Shown piece by piece: positions 38,574 through 47,652 of a stretch of DNA of 63,343 nucleotides (the stretch's first letter is position 1; each line of letters starts with the position of its first letter). The notes below the pieces were generated by a model. It did not search any database. It saw only the letters and a program-made list of their open reading frames with translations, and was not told the origin of the DNA. This DNA comes from Gammaproteobacteria bacterium (GTDB lineage: Bacteria; Pseudomonadota; Gammaproteobacteria; Steroidobacterales; PWYM01), in contig PWYM01000058.1 of the NCBI GenBank assembly GCA_003567855.1, forward strand, positions 1 to 63,343, given 5' to 3'. The translations under genes were made by a program, and so were the position numbers.

Positions 38574-39692
38574 ATGATGACAACACCGGCAGGGCGGAAA
38601 CGACTGCCAATAAGGCGGCAGTCCCTTGCAACGCTGACGCTCCTGCTGGTCGCAGCCGGGTTCACCAGCGGGTGTGACCGCGCTGCAGGCGAGGATGATG
38701 TCCGCGACGCGACCAGGGTCGTCGTGATTGCGGCCGCGACCGGCGAGGTCGAACGGACCGAGTCTTCCATAGGCCAGGTCGAGACCTTCTCGGCGCCCAC
38801 CGTGTCCCCGGAGGTCGACGGGCGGGTGGTCGAAATCCTCGTCGACGTAGGTGACAAGGTCGAACGCGGCGACGTCCTCGCCCGCATAGACCGTGAACCG
38901 TTTGCCCTTCGGCTGGGTTCCGCGGGCGCCGACCGGGCCCGTATGGAAGTGGAGCGCACCCAACTGCAGAGTGACCTCGAGCGGATGGAAAGCGTCGCCG
39001 AGGAGGGATACGTCAGCGAATCCGAAATCGAAAACACTCGCTCGTCGCTCGACGCCATCGAGGCGGAACTGGAATCGATCAGGTTTAGCGAGGAACAGGC
39101 GGCAACCGACCTTCGCCGCACCGACATCACCAGCCCGATCTCGGGCGAGATAGACTCGCGCACGATATCCGAGGGCGACTACGTATCGGTCGGCGACGAT
39201 AGTTTCCGGGTCAGCCCGCTGAGTGCGTACCGCGTCAGCCTGGGTTTCCCACAGGGACTGCGTGACGTACTGGCCGTAGGCCAGGAAGTGCGCCTGGCGC
39301 CCGCCGACAACCCTGACGAGCAGGCCGTCGGCGAGGTGACGCGCATCCGCCCCTCAGTGGATGGCGGCTCGCGGTCACTGATCGCAGTAGTCGACTTCGA
39401 CGACCCGGGTGGTTAGCGTCCCGGCATGACCGTCACGGGCGAGGTCGTGGTCGAACGTCGTGACGATGCCGTTCGCGTACCACGCCTCAGCGTCGTGCAG
39501 CGCCCCGCCGGCCAGGTCGTGTTCGTCGTGGACGGCGAGGAGGTCAGCCAGCGCGAGATAGAGATCGGCCACCAGACTTCCGACTGGGTGGAGATCATCT
39601 CCGGGCTCGACGCCGGTGAGCGCATCGTCACCGATGGTGCCTCTTTTCTCTCTGACGGCGCTCGGGTGCGTTACGAGGACGCCGACACGTGA
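38574..39692 (+). pseudogene. RND efflux periplasmic adaptor (MFP) lipoprotein, interrupted by one in-frame TAG at 39414-39416
   Basis: Track ORFs 38451..39416 and 39426..39692 are in the same frame. Read-through gives ...VVDFDDPGG*RPGMTVTGEVVVE..., a continuous ~372-aa MFP. Lipobox FTSGC at the N-terminus. Confidence 0.7.
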
Positions 39693-42600
39693 CGCTTCCC
39701 GAGTTCTCTATCCGCCGCCATGTGATGGCGGTGATGATGAGTGCCGTGCTGGTGCTCTTCGGCGTGATCGGCTACCAGGACATCGGCGTCGACCGGGTCC
39801 CCGACGTCGATTTTCCCGTGATCTCGGTCTCCACGTCCCTGCCTGGCGCAGAACCGGACATCATCGATTCCGCGGTCACACGCGAGATCGTGCGGCGCGC
39901 GAATTCGGTCCCCGGCATCGACAACATCCAGGCGACTTCCACGCCGGGGGACTCCAGCGTCGTCATCACCTTCAACCTCGACAAGAATATCGACGTGGCC
40001 TACACGGAGGTCCAGACCAAGGTCAACGAAGCGCTGGGCAACCTGCCTGATGACGTGGAGATCCCGCAGGTAGAGAAAGTCGAAACCGACGCGGCACCCA
40101 TCATGTGGCTGTCCATCCAGGGCGACCGTACACTCTCCCAGCTGACAGACATTGCGCGCAACTCCATACGCCCCCAGCTCGAAATCATTTCCGGCGTGGG
40201 TGACGTCACGCTGGGCGGCGGCCAGAACCGCCGGATACGCATCGAAGTCGATGTGGACCGGCTCAATGCCGAGGGCGTCACGGTTCAGGACCTGCTCACC
40301 GCGGTCGACGAGGAGCACGTGGCGGTGTCGGGCGGCTTCCTGGTGTCCGGCGATCGTGAGAGCGTCTTCAAGCTGGATCACGAATTCCACGATGTGGAGG
40401 CCCTGGAAAGCCTGATCGTGACCGAACGCGACGGGCGTATCGTCAGGCTGGGCGACGTCGCCGAGGTCGTCGACGGGCTGACCGATTTCCGGCGCCTGGC
40501 ACGCTACAACCAGGACATCGCGGCAGGCCTGGGGATCGTAAAGATCGCCGGAACCAATACCGTAGAGGTCATCGATGAGGTCACGCGCAGGCTCGACCGC
40601 GACATTCGCCCACAGCTTCCGCCGGGCGTGACCGTCAGCGTCGTCTCTGATCAGTCGGATTTCATACGCAGCATGATCGACAACCTGGAGCTCACGGTGC
40701 TCATGGCGGTACTGCTTGCTGCGCTCGTGATCTGGCTGTTCCTCAAGTCACTGCGATCCACCCTGATCATCGCCGCGGCAATTCCCGTCTCGCTGATGGC
40801 CGTGATCGCGGTGATGTACTTCTTCGGCTACACGCTCAACGCAATGACGATGCTCGCCATGCTGCTTCTCGTCGGCATCGTCGTCGACGACGCGATCGTC
40901 GTACTGGAAAACGTCTATCGCCACCGGGAGGCGGGTGAATCCAACCCGAGCCGTGCCGCCATCAACGGATCCAACCAGGTCTTCTTCGCCGTGGTTGCGT
41001 CGTCGCTCGCGCTGATCTCGATCTTCGGCCCGGTGATCTTCATGGACGGCGTGGTGGGACGTTTCTTTGAATCGTTCGCCGTGGTCGTCGTATTCGGCAT
41101 CCTCGCATCCACGTTCGTCGCGCTCACGCTCATCCCCATGTTGTGTGCGCGCTTTCTGCGTGTACCCGACGTACACGGCCGCGTTTACCACTTCCTCGAG
41201 GATGGGTTCCGTCGCGTAGACGAGTGGTATCGCGGCATTCTGCGTAGGGCGCTGCGTGCCCGTTACACGGTGCTGCTCGTAGCACTCGCGATCGTCGCGC
41301 CGACGGGCCTGCTGCTGACCATGCTGCCTGCCGAATTTGCCCCCGAAGAGGATGAAGGCTCGTTCATCGTCAACTACCGCACGCCAGTCGGGTCGAGCAT
41401 CCACTACAGCGACGGAAAGCTTGCCGAAATCGAGGCGATACTTGCCGAAGACGAAGACGTCTACGGCTTTTTCTCGACCATCGGCCTGGGTAGCGGTGAC
41501 AACGTCAATGACGGTATAGCTTTCGTTCAGCTGCGCCCCTGGCGTGAACGCCGCGCGACCCAGCAGGACATCATGGCCCGCCTTCAGGACCGTTTCGATG
41601 AACTTTCCGGGGTACGCGCGAGCGCTTCCGGCACCGGCCTGTTCGCCGATCAACGCGGCGAACCGCTGCAGTTCTTCGTCTCCGGGCCGGACCTCGACGA
41701 AGTCGCCGAGCTGTCGCGCCGGCTGGAAGACGGCCTGCGCGCCGAGCCCCGCATGGGCAGCGTTGACCTGGACCTCAACCTGGACCAGCCCCAGGTCCAA
41801 CTGGACATCAATCGCGAACAGGTACGTCTCCTTGGCCTTTCCACCGAAACCGTGATCCGCGCGGCGGGAATACTCGTGGGCGGCAGCGACATCGCCCGAT
41901 ACCATGACGATTTCGGCGGCGGCGAACGCTACCGCATACGCATGAAGTCGCGCGACGGCGAGTTCACGAGTCCGTCGGACCTCAACCGGATATTCCTGCG
42001 CAGCGACAATGGCATGATGGTGAGGCTGGACACGGTCGCAACACCGCTCGAGACGGTGGGGCCCGGCGCGATCACGCGCTTCAACCTGCAGTACGGCACG
42101 CGATTCTTCGTCAATCCGGAAATGCCCATTGGCGACGCTGCATCCCGAGTGCGCGAACTCTCCGCAGAACTCGCCCCGCCAGGTTACTCCGTGGAACTGA
42201 CCGGCGAGGCGGTAGAGATGGAGCGCACCGCCTCTGCGATCGTGTTCGTATTCGTCGTCGCGACATTACTGGTATTCATGGTTCTCGCCAGTCAGTTCAA
42301 CTCGATGCTGCAACCTGTGGTCGTGATGCTGGCGATGCCACTTGCAGCGGTCGGCGGACTCCTGGGCCTGTGGCTCACCGGGCAGACGCTGAACATCTTC
42401 TCGATGATCGGCATGGTGCTGCTGGTGGGCGTGGTGACGAAAAATTCGATACTTCTGATCGACCTGACGAATCAGTATCGTGACAAGCGTGGTATGGACA
42501 TCGATGAGGCGCTGATCGAAGCGTGCCCGATCCGTCTGCGCCCGGTCCTCATGACTTCACTGACGCTCATCCTCGCAATGGTGCCGGCGGCGCTGGGATC

Positions 42601-42760
42601 AGGCCCGGGCGCCAACGGCAACGCCGCGCTTGCAACGGTCATCATCTTTGGCATGCTCGCGTCGATGGTTCTGACGCTGGTCGTCGTGCCGGCTGCGTAC
42701 TCGCTGGTAGAGCACCGCCTTGCACGGCGCGAGGGCGCCATGGACCCGGTCGCGGGCTGA
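39689..42760 (+). CDS. RND efflux transporter permease (AcrB/HAE-type)
   Basis: 1023 aa with a 12-TM, two-large-loop architecture and an N-terminus FSIRRHVMAVMMSAVLVLFG. GTG start overlaps the MFP stop (GTGA). Confidence 0.9.
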   Translation: MTLPEFSIRRHVMAVMMSAVLVLFGVIGYQDIGVDRVPDVDFPVISVSTSLPGAEPDIIDSAVTREIVRRANSVPGIDNIQATSTPGDSSVVITFNLDKNIDVAYTEVQTKVNEALGNLPDDVEIPQVEKVETDAAPIMWLSIQGDRTLSQLTDIARNSIRPQLEIISGVGDVTLGGGQNRRIRIEVDVDRLNAEGVTVQDLLTAVDEEHVAVSGGFLVSGDRESVFKLDHEFHDVEALESLIVTERDGRIVRLGDVAEVVDGLTDFRRLARYNQDIAAGLGIVKIAGTNTVEVIDEVTRRLDRDIRPQLPPGVTVSVVSDQSDFIRSMIDNLELTVLMAVLLAALVIWLFLKSLRSTLIIAAAIPVSLMAVIAVMYFFGYTLNAMTMLAMLLLVGIVVDDAIVVLENVYRHREAGESNPSRAAINGSNQVFFAVVASSLALISIFGPVIFMDGVVGRFFESFAVVVVFGILASTFVALTLIPMLCARFLRVPDVHGRVYHFLEDGFRRVDEWYRGILRRALRARYTVLLVALAIVAPTGLLLTMLPAEFAPEEDEGSFIVNYRTPVGSSIHYSDGKLAEIEAILAEDEDVYGFFSTIGLGSGDNVNDGIAFVQLRPWRERRATQQDIMARLQDRFDELSGVRASASGTGLFADQRGEPLQFFVSGPDLDEVAELSRRLEDGLRAEPRMGSVDLDLNLDQPQVQLDINREQVRLLGLSTETVIRAAGILVGGSDIARYHDDFGGGERYRIRMKSRDGEFTSPSDLNRIFLRSDNGMMVRLDTVATPLETVGPGAITRFNLQYGTRFFVNPEMPIGDAASRVRELSAELAPPGYSVELTGEAVEMERTASAIVFVFVVATLLVFMVLASQFNSMLQPVVVMLAMPLAAVGGLLGLWLTGQTLNIFSMIGMVLLVGVVTKNSILLIDLTNQYRDKRGMDIDEALIEACPIRLRPVLMTSLTLILAMVPAALGSGPGANGNAALATVIIFGMLASMVLTLVVVPAAYSLVEHRLARREGAMDPVAG

Positions 42761-42780
42761 TCACCCACCGGGAAGAACCC

Positions 42781-44310
42781 CTAGGGGTGTACCGGCTCGG
42801 GCGACTGGCGGCGCCTGAGGAGGTGGATAGTGAGACCCACTACGACGGAACTGACGATCGCCACGGAAGCGGCGACCCCGGGATTCTCGCCATCCGCGGC
42901 GGTGAACGGCAACGGCAGCTGGCCGTAATACATCGAAAAATGCACGACCACCGCCGTCACCGACGCGGAGATGGGTGCCGCACGTGGCACGTCGCGCAGG
43001 AACATGCCCATCAGGATGGGCATGAACGCCGCCGAGAAATACGCGTACACCCCGTTCTGCGCGAAGATGCCGACGCTGAGCTTGGGATTGACGATCTGGT
43101 CCCACGAGAGCCAGAACACGGCGAGCGCCAGCAGTACGATCACGACCCGGTTGACCGCGATCCCGACACTGTCCGCACCACCGATGCCGAGCCCGATACG
43201 GGCACCGAACAGCGGGCGGAGAATGTCATTGGTTACCGTCGTGGACAGCGACTGGATCAGCGCCTCGAGCGTAGACAGGCCCGCCGAGATCAGCCCGACG
43301 ATGACCAGGAGCCCGATGACCACCGGAAACTGGGTGGTCACGTACACCGACACGATGTTGTCCATCGGCAGCGGCTGCCCGCGGAACGTGAGATCGGGGA
43401 AGGCCAGGCGCATGTACAGGCCGGCGAACACCACCGCGAAGAACAGGAACTGCACCACACAGCCGGTAATCAGGTAGCGGTTGACGTCACTGTCGCTCTT
43501 GAGCAGCAGCGACTTGGTGATGATGTGCGGCTGGCAGATGATCGCGATGCCCACGATGAAGGCCGCGACGAACACTTCGAAATGGTCCCTGAACAGGAAG
43601 CTGTCGGGGTAGGTGGTGGCCACGAGCTGCGGGTCCACTTCGCGCAGCCGATCGAGAAAGCCGTGCACCCCGTCGCTGAAATGCGCCCACCCGGATCCGA
43701 GCAGCACGATCGCGATGACCAGCATCAGCAGCGCCTGGATGCTGTTGGTGTAGACCATCGAGTTGGCGCCGCCGAACATCATGTAGCCGAACACGAAGAC
43801 GACGATGCCGCTGAGCGTCGCAAGCTCCGAGATGCCGAGCGTTGCCGAGATCACCTTTGTGAGCCCGACGCAGATCAGCACCGCGAACGTCACCAGCAGC
43901 AGCGACAGGAAACCGAAGTACAGGCCGAAGCCGGGGCTGTGATAGCGGGTGGACATCCACTGCGCCATCGAGAGCGCGCGCACCGTGGTGCCGTGACGCC
44001 GGAAACCCTTGGTGAGCACGACCAGTGAGCACAGCGACGCGAGCGGCACCGCCAGCGCCATCGCGAGCACGGCGCTCAGGCCGTAGAGAGCCACGAACCC
44101 AGGATTGATGATAAATGTCGCGGCGCTGGTCATCGACGCCGCGAGCGACAGCCCCACGGCGTACGGTGAGAACAGCACGCTGCCCAGCGCATAGTCGTCG
44201 ATGGACCGGGTGCGGCGGGCACCGCGGACCACCATCACGAGGATCACCGCGGCGTAGCCGACCAACATGATCCAGCCCAGCGTCGTCAGCAATGTCGCCT
44301 GCTCCCCCAT
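42781..44310 (-). CDS. sodium:solute symporter (SSS) family transporter
   Basis: 509 aa, ~13 TM helices. N-terminal ...RGARRTRSIDDYALGS is typical of SSS members. Confidence 0.8.
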   Translation of the reverse strand: MGEQATLLTTLGWIMLVGYAAVILVMVVRGARRTRSIDDYALGSVLFSPYAVGLSLAASMTSAATFIINPGFVALYGLSAVLAMALAVPLASLCSLVVLTKGFRRHGTTVRALSMAQWMSTRYHSPGFGLYFGFLSLLLVTFAVLICVGLTKVISATLGISELATLSGIVVFVFGYMMFGGANSMVYTNSIQALLMLVIAIVLLGSGWAHFSDGVHGFLDRLREVDPQLVATTYPDSFLFRDHFEVFVAAFIVGIAIICQPHIITKSLLLKSDSDVNRYLITGCVVQFLFFAVVFAGLYMRLAFPDLTFRGQPLPMDNIVSVYVTTQFPVVIGLLVIVGLISAGLSTLEALIQSLSTTVTNDILRPLFGARIGLGIGGADSVGIAVNRVVIVLLALAVFWLSWDQIVNPKLSVGIFAQNGVYAYFSAAFMPILMGMFLRDVPRAAPISASVTAVVVHFSMYYGQLPLPFTAADGENPGVAASVAIVSSVVVGLTIHLLRRRQSPEPVHP

Positions 44311-44348
44311 GGGCGGGGATTATGCCATTTCAACAAACGTTGAAGGAA

Positions 44349-44366
44349 GACCGGGCTGGCCCGGTC
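44349..44366 (-). terminator. 7-bp hairpin 3' of the DUF1330 gene
   Basis: gaccggg / ctgg / cccggtc, 25 nt after the stop at 44391. Confidence 0.3.
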
Positions 44367-44390
44367 GGGCGCGCGGCCCGCGGGGCGCGG

Positions 44391-44747
44391 TCAGTCGCGC
44401 TCCGTCCAGTCGATGCGCTCGGGCGGCGCGAGCTCCTCGAACACCGCGACGCGGAAGCGTCCGGCGTCGGCACGCAGCGGTTTGACCCGCTGCTGGTAGT
44501 CCTCGGAGTGCCAGAACCGCCGGGCGTGCTCCAGCGACGGGAACCGGGCCATGACCATGGGCTGGTGGTCGCCCCACTCGCCCTCGAACACCTCCAGCGG
44601 GCGGCCGAACGCGGTGTAGTACCCGTCGTTCTTTTCGTAGAGCCGGTGCTGCGCCATCGCCTCGGCATAGGCGGCCATCGGCTTGCGGTTCTCCAGTTCG
44701 GCAAGCACCACCATATAAACTGGGCGGTCTTCGGAAGCTTCACTCAT
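44391..44747 (-). CDS. DUF1330 (dimeric alpha/beta-barrel) family protein
   Basis: 118 aa. Matches the DUF1330 pattern as I remember it: VYMVVLAEL....AYAEA......, ..EVFEGEW......VMARFPSLEHARRFWHSEDYQ. Confidence 0.7.
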   Translation of the reverse strand: MSEASEDRPVYMVVLAELENRKPMAAYAEAMAQHRLYEKNDGYYTAFGRPLEVFEGEWGDHQPMVMARFPSLEHARRFWHSEDYQQRVKPLRADAGRFRVAVFEELAPPERIDWTERD

Positions 44748-44848
44748 GCGTTTTCCCTCGTGTCAGCGTTCTCCGGGGCCGTCGCGCCGCGCCCGCGGGA
44801 CCGGCGGTAGAATACAGGCCCTCAAAGCAGAGTGCTCCGCCCGTATCG

Positions 44849-45292
44849 ATGCCAGCCACCCCCCCCACGCTACCCAGCGCCGGCCTGCTGCGCCGCATTG
44901 GCGCGCTTGTCTATGACCTGCTGCTGCTGCTCGCGGCGCTGATGGTGGTGACCGCGCTGGCGACCCTCGTGACCGGTGGCGAGGCACTGTACCCGGCGCC
45001 GTGGTGGTACCAGCTGCTGCTGGTCGCGACCTGGGCGCTGTTCTGGTGCGGGTTCTGGGTGCACGGCGGCCAGACGCTGGGCATGAAGGCCTGGCATATC
45101 AGGGTTCGCACCGCGGAAGGACGGCCGCTCGGCTGGCGCGAGGCCGGACTCAGGCTGCTGGCCGCGGTACCCGCGATGGCACCGGCGGGTGTCGGCCTGT
45201 GGTGGCTGCTGTTCGATAGCGACCGGCTCGCGTGGCACGATCGCCTGAGCCGGACCCGCGTCGTCGTCGAGCGCCCGCCGCGACGCGGCTGA
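44849..45292 (+). CDS. RDD-family membrane protein
   Basis: RRIGALVYDLLLL..., three TM helices and GQTLGMKAWHIRV. 147 aa. Confidence 0.75.
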   Translation: MPATPPTLPSAGLLRRIGALVYDLLLLLAALMVVTALATLVTGGEALYPAPWWYQLLLVATWALFWCGFWVHGGQTLGMKAWHIRVRTAEGRPLGWREAGLRLLAAVPAMAPAGVGLWWLLFDSDRLAWHDRLSRTRVVVERPPRRG

Positions 45293-45300
45293 CGCCGTAC

Positions 45301-46377
45301 CTAGCGGTTGCGCAGGATGCCCCCGAGCGCAAGCGTCAGCAGCAATGCGGTTGGCGTCCATGCCACGATGATCGGGTCGATATTAAACACCACGGCGCCG
45401 TTCGCGAGCGTGCGGCTGACGAGGAAATAGCCCAGGCCGATCATCACGCCCACCATGAGACGCGCGCCGGCCCCCGCAGCACGCAGCGACCCGAACACGA
45501 ACGGCAGCGCGAGCAGCGTCATCACCACCGCCGACGCGATATGCGCGAGCCGGCTCCAGTAGGCGACCTCGTACGCGGTCGCATCCAGCCGGTTCGCCCG
45601 CAGATATTCGACGTATCGCCACAGGCCACGCGCATCCAGGTCGGACGGACGGACCACCGACAGGTTGATCAGGTCCTCGGTCAGCATGTCGGTTTCCAGG
45701 CGCCGCAGACCCGCACTGGCATGCACGACCCCGTCACTGAAGAGCTGCTCGAAGCGGGTCTCCTGGTAGACCGACAGCAGCCACGCGCCGTCGTCGTCGG
45801 GGTTGGCGTGCCCTGCCCGGCCCAGCGCGCGCAAAGTGCGGTCCTCACCGACTTCGTAGACGTAAATACCCGCATCCAGCGGCTCGTCCTCGGACTGGCG
45901 CATGTTGATGATCACGTCGCCGTCTCGCAGCCATGCGTTGCCGGCCCGCAGGTTGAGGTCTTCGAACTTGGCCATCGCGCGCATCTGGCGGGCGTAGTTT
46001 GCCAGTTCCGGCGCAAAATACTCGCCGACCACGCCCATGAAGGCGGCGAAAAAGACCCCGGTGAGCACCACGCCGCGCGCGAGCTGCAGCCGCGAGATCC
46101 CCGCCGCCTGCATCGCGATGAGCTCGCTGCGACCGGCGAGGCCGCCGAGCCCGAGCAGTGCACCGAGCAGTGCCGCCGCCGGCAGCATCTCGACCGCGAG
46201 CCGCGGCAGGCGCAGTGCCACGTAGCCAGCCGCATGCAGCATCGTGTAGGCGCCCTCGCCGATGTCGTCGAGCTGGCCGAAGAATTCGACGAATACCGTC
46301 AGCGCGATCAGCACCAGCAGCACCAGCGCCGTCGCGCCGAGGATGGTGCGCACGATGTAGCGGTCGACGATATTCAC
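45301..46377 (-). CDS. lptG: LPS export ABC transporter permease LptG
   Basis: MNIVDRYIVRTILGATALVLLVL is a YjgP/YjgQ-family N-terminus. Second gene of the lptFG pair, with a 4-nt overlap. Confidence 0.9.
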   Translation of the reverse strand: MNIVDRYIVRTILGATALVLLVLIALTVFVEFFGQLDDIGEGAYTMLHAAGYVALRLPRLAVEMLPAAALLGALLGLGGLAGRSELIAMQAAGISRLQLARGVVLTGVFFAAFMGVVGEYFAPELANYARQMRAMAKFEDLNLRAGNAWLRDGDVIINMRQSEDEPLDAGIYVYEVGEDRTLRALGRAGHANPDDDGAWLLSVYQETRFEQLFSDGVVHASAGLRRLETDMLTEDLINLSVVRPSDLDARGLWRYVEYLRANRLDATAYEVAYWSRLAHIASAVVMTLLALPFVFGSLRAAGAGARLMVGVMIGLGYFLVSRTLANGAVVFNIDPIIVAWTPTALLLTLALGGILRNR

Positions 46378-47486
46378 GTCGCGGCCCCCGCGAGCGCATC
46401 GTCCCGGGGCGGCGCCGGCGCCCGTCGCAACCGGCCCTGCTCACGAAGCAGCAGCACCACGCCGAGGGCAAGCACGAGCGCATGCACCCACCACAGCCCC
46501 AGCCACTCAGGGAGTACGCCACGCTCCAGCCACAGGCGGCCAGCGGTCAGCAGGTTGGTGTAGACGAGGTAGATCAGTATGCCGATCCCGACCTTGCCGA
46601 ATCGCCCGCGACGCGGGTCTGTACGTGCCAGCGGCACCGCCAGCAGCAGCAGCGCGAACAGGCTCACGGGGCCTGACAGGCGCCAGTGCAGCTCGGCCAG
46701 CGCGCCCGGGTCAGAATCGCCGAGCAGCGCACTGAACGCGATACCCTCGATGGACGTACGCAGCGCGCTGTCGGGCACCGGTGGCAACGGGATGCCGTGT
46801 TCCGCAAATTCCACCACCCGGAAGTCACGCCGTCCCGGGATACCCTCGTAGCGACGACCGTTGAAAAGCACGAAACTCTGGGTCTGCCCGTCAGCCCCCG
46901 TGCGACGTTCACCGCGGTCGGCGAGGACGACCTCGGTGCGCTCACCGACCTGGCGCTGTATGAAGAGATTGCGCAGCACACCGTCGGCACTGACCTGCTC
47001 GGCGTAGAGCACGGCATCGGCATCTCCGATGGTGATGAAGCGCCCCGGCTCGACGACGCCCAACGCGGCATCGCGGCGCATCTCGAGCTCTATCGCCTGC
47101 AGCTCGCGCATCGCCCACGGAGCGCCCTCGAGCGACAGCCACGCGAGTCCCGCGGCCATCAGCGCCACCAGCGGCGTCAGCGCCCGGTAGACGGCACCGG
47201 AGCCGACACCGCAGGCCATCATCGCGGCCATTTCGCTGTCGCGGTAAAGCCGCGCCAGCGCCAGCATCACCCCGAGCAGAAACGCGACCGGCACCAGGAT
47301 CGTCAGGTACTGCATGCTGGTCAGTCCCATGGCCTGGAGCACGGCGTCTCGCGGCAACCGGTTGGCGGCTGCGTCGCCGAGGACGCGCGCGAACTGGTTG
47401 GACAGCAGGATGCCGAGGAGCACCAGCGTGACCACCATCCACACCGAGAGTGTCTCGCGCAGCAGGTAGCGCCGCAGGATGATCAA
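46374..47486 (-). CDS. lptF: LPS export ABC transporter permease LptF
   Basis: (M)IILRRYLLRETLSVWMVV from a TTG start at 47486. Divergent from pepA as in other gammaproteobacteria. The track ORF (to 47912) is over-extended. Confidence 0.85.
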   Translation of the reverse strand: MIILRRYLLRETLSVWMVVTLVLLGILLSNQFARVLGDAAANRLPRDAVLQAMGLTSMQYLTILVPVAFLLGVMLALARLYRDSEMAAMMACGVGSGAVYRALTPLVALMAAGLAWLSLEGAPWAMRELQAIELEMRRDAALGVVEPGRFITIGDADAVLYAEQVSADGVLRNLFIQRQVGERTEVVLADRGERRTGADGQTQSFVLFNGRRYEGIPGRRDFRVVEFAEHGIPLPPVPDSALRTSIEGIAFSALLGDSDPGALAELHWRLSGPVSLFALLLLAVPLARTDPRRGRFGKVGIGILIYLVYTNLLTAGRLWLERGVLPEWLGLWWVHALVLALGVVLLLREQGRLRRAPAPPRDDALAGAAT

Positions 47487-47652
47487 TGCCGGGTGCTCCC
47501 GACGGGCGATTGCTTCAAGCCCGGGAGTGGGTTGCAGTACACTAGCGCGCCTGTTGCCATCGGGGCGGCACCTTAGCATAAGCCCGCGGGAGCGAGGCCT
47601 GCGGGCGCCGGAGCCGCTGACCGCGCACCCCGCAGTGGAGGAGCAAACAATA

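Noticed and set aside
42776-42785. Perfect 10-nt palindrome cccctagggg between the convergent RND and SSS genes, a possible terminator or protein-binding site.
   Set aside because: It contains the SSS stop codon and has no loop, so it cannot form a useful hairpin. It is too short and isolated to call.
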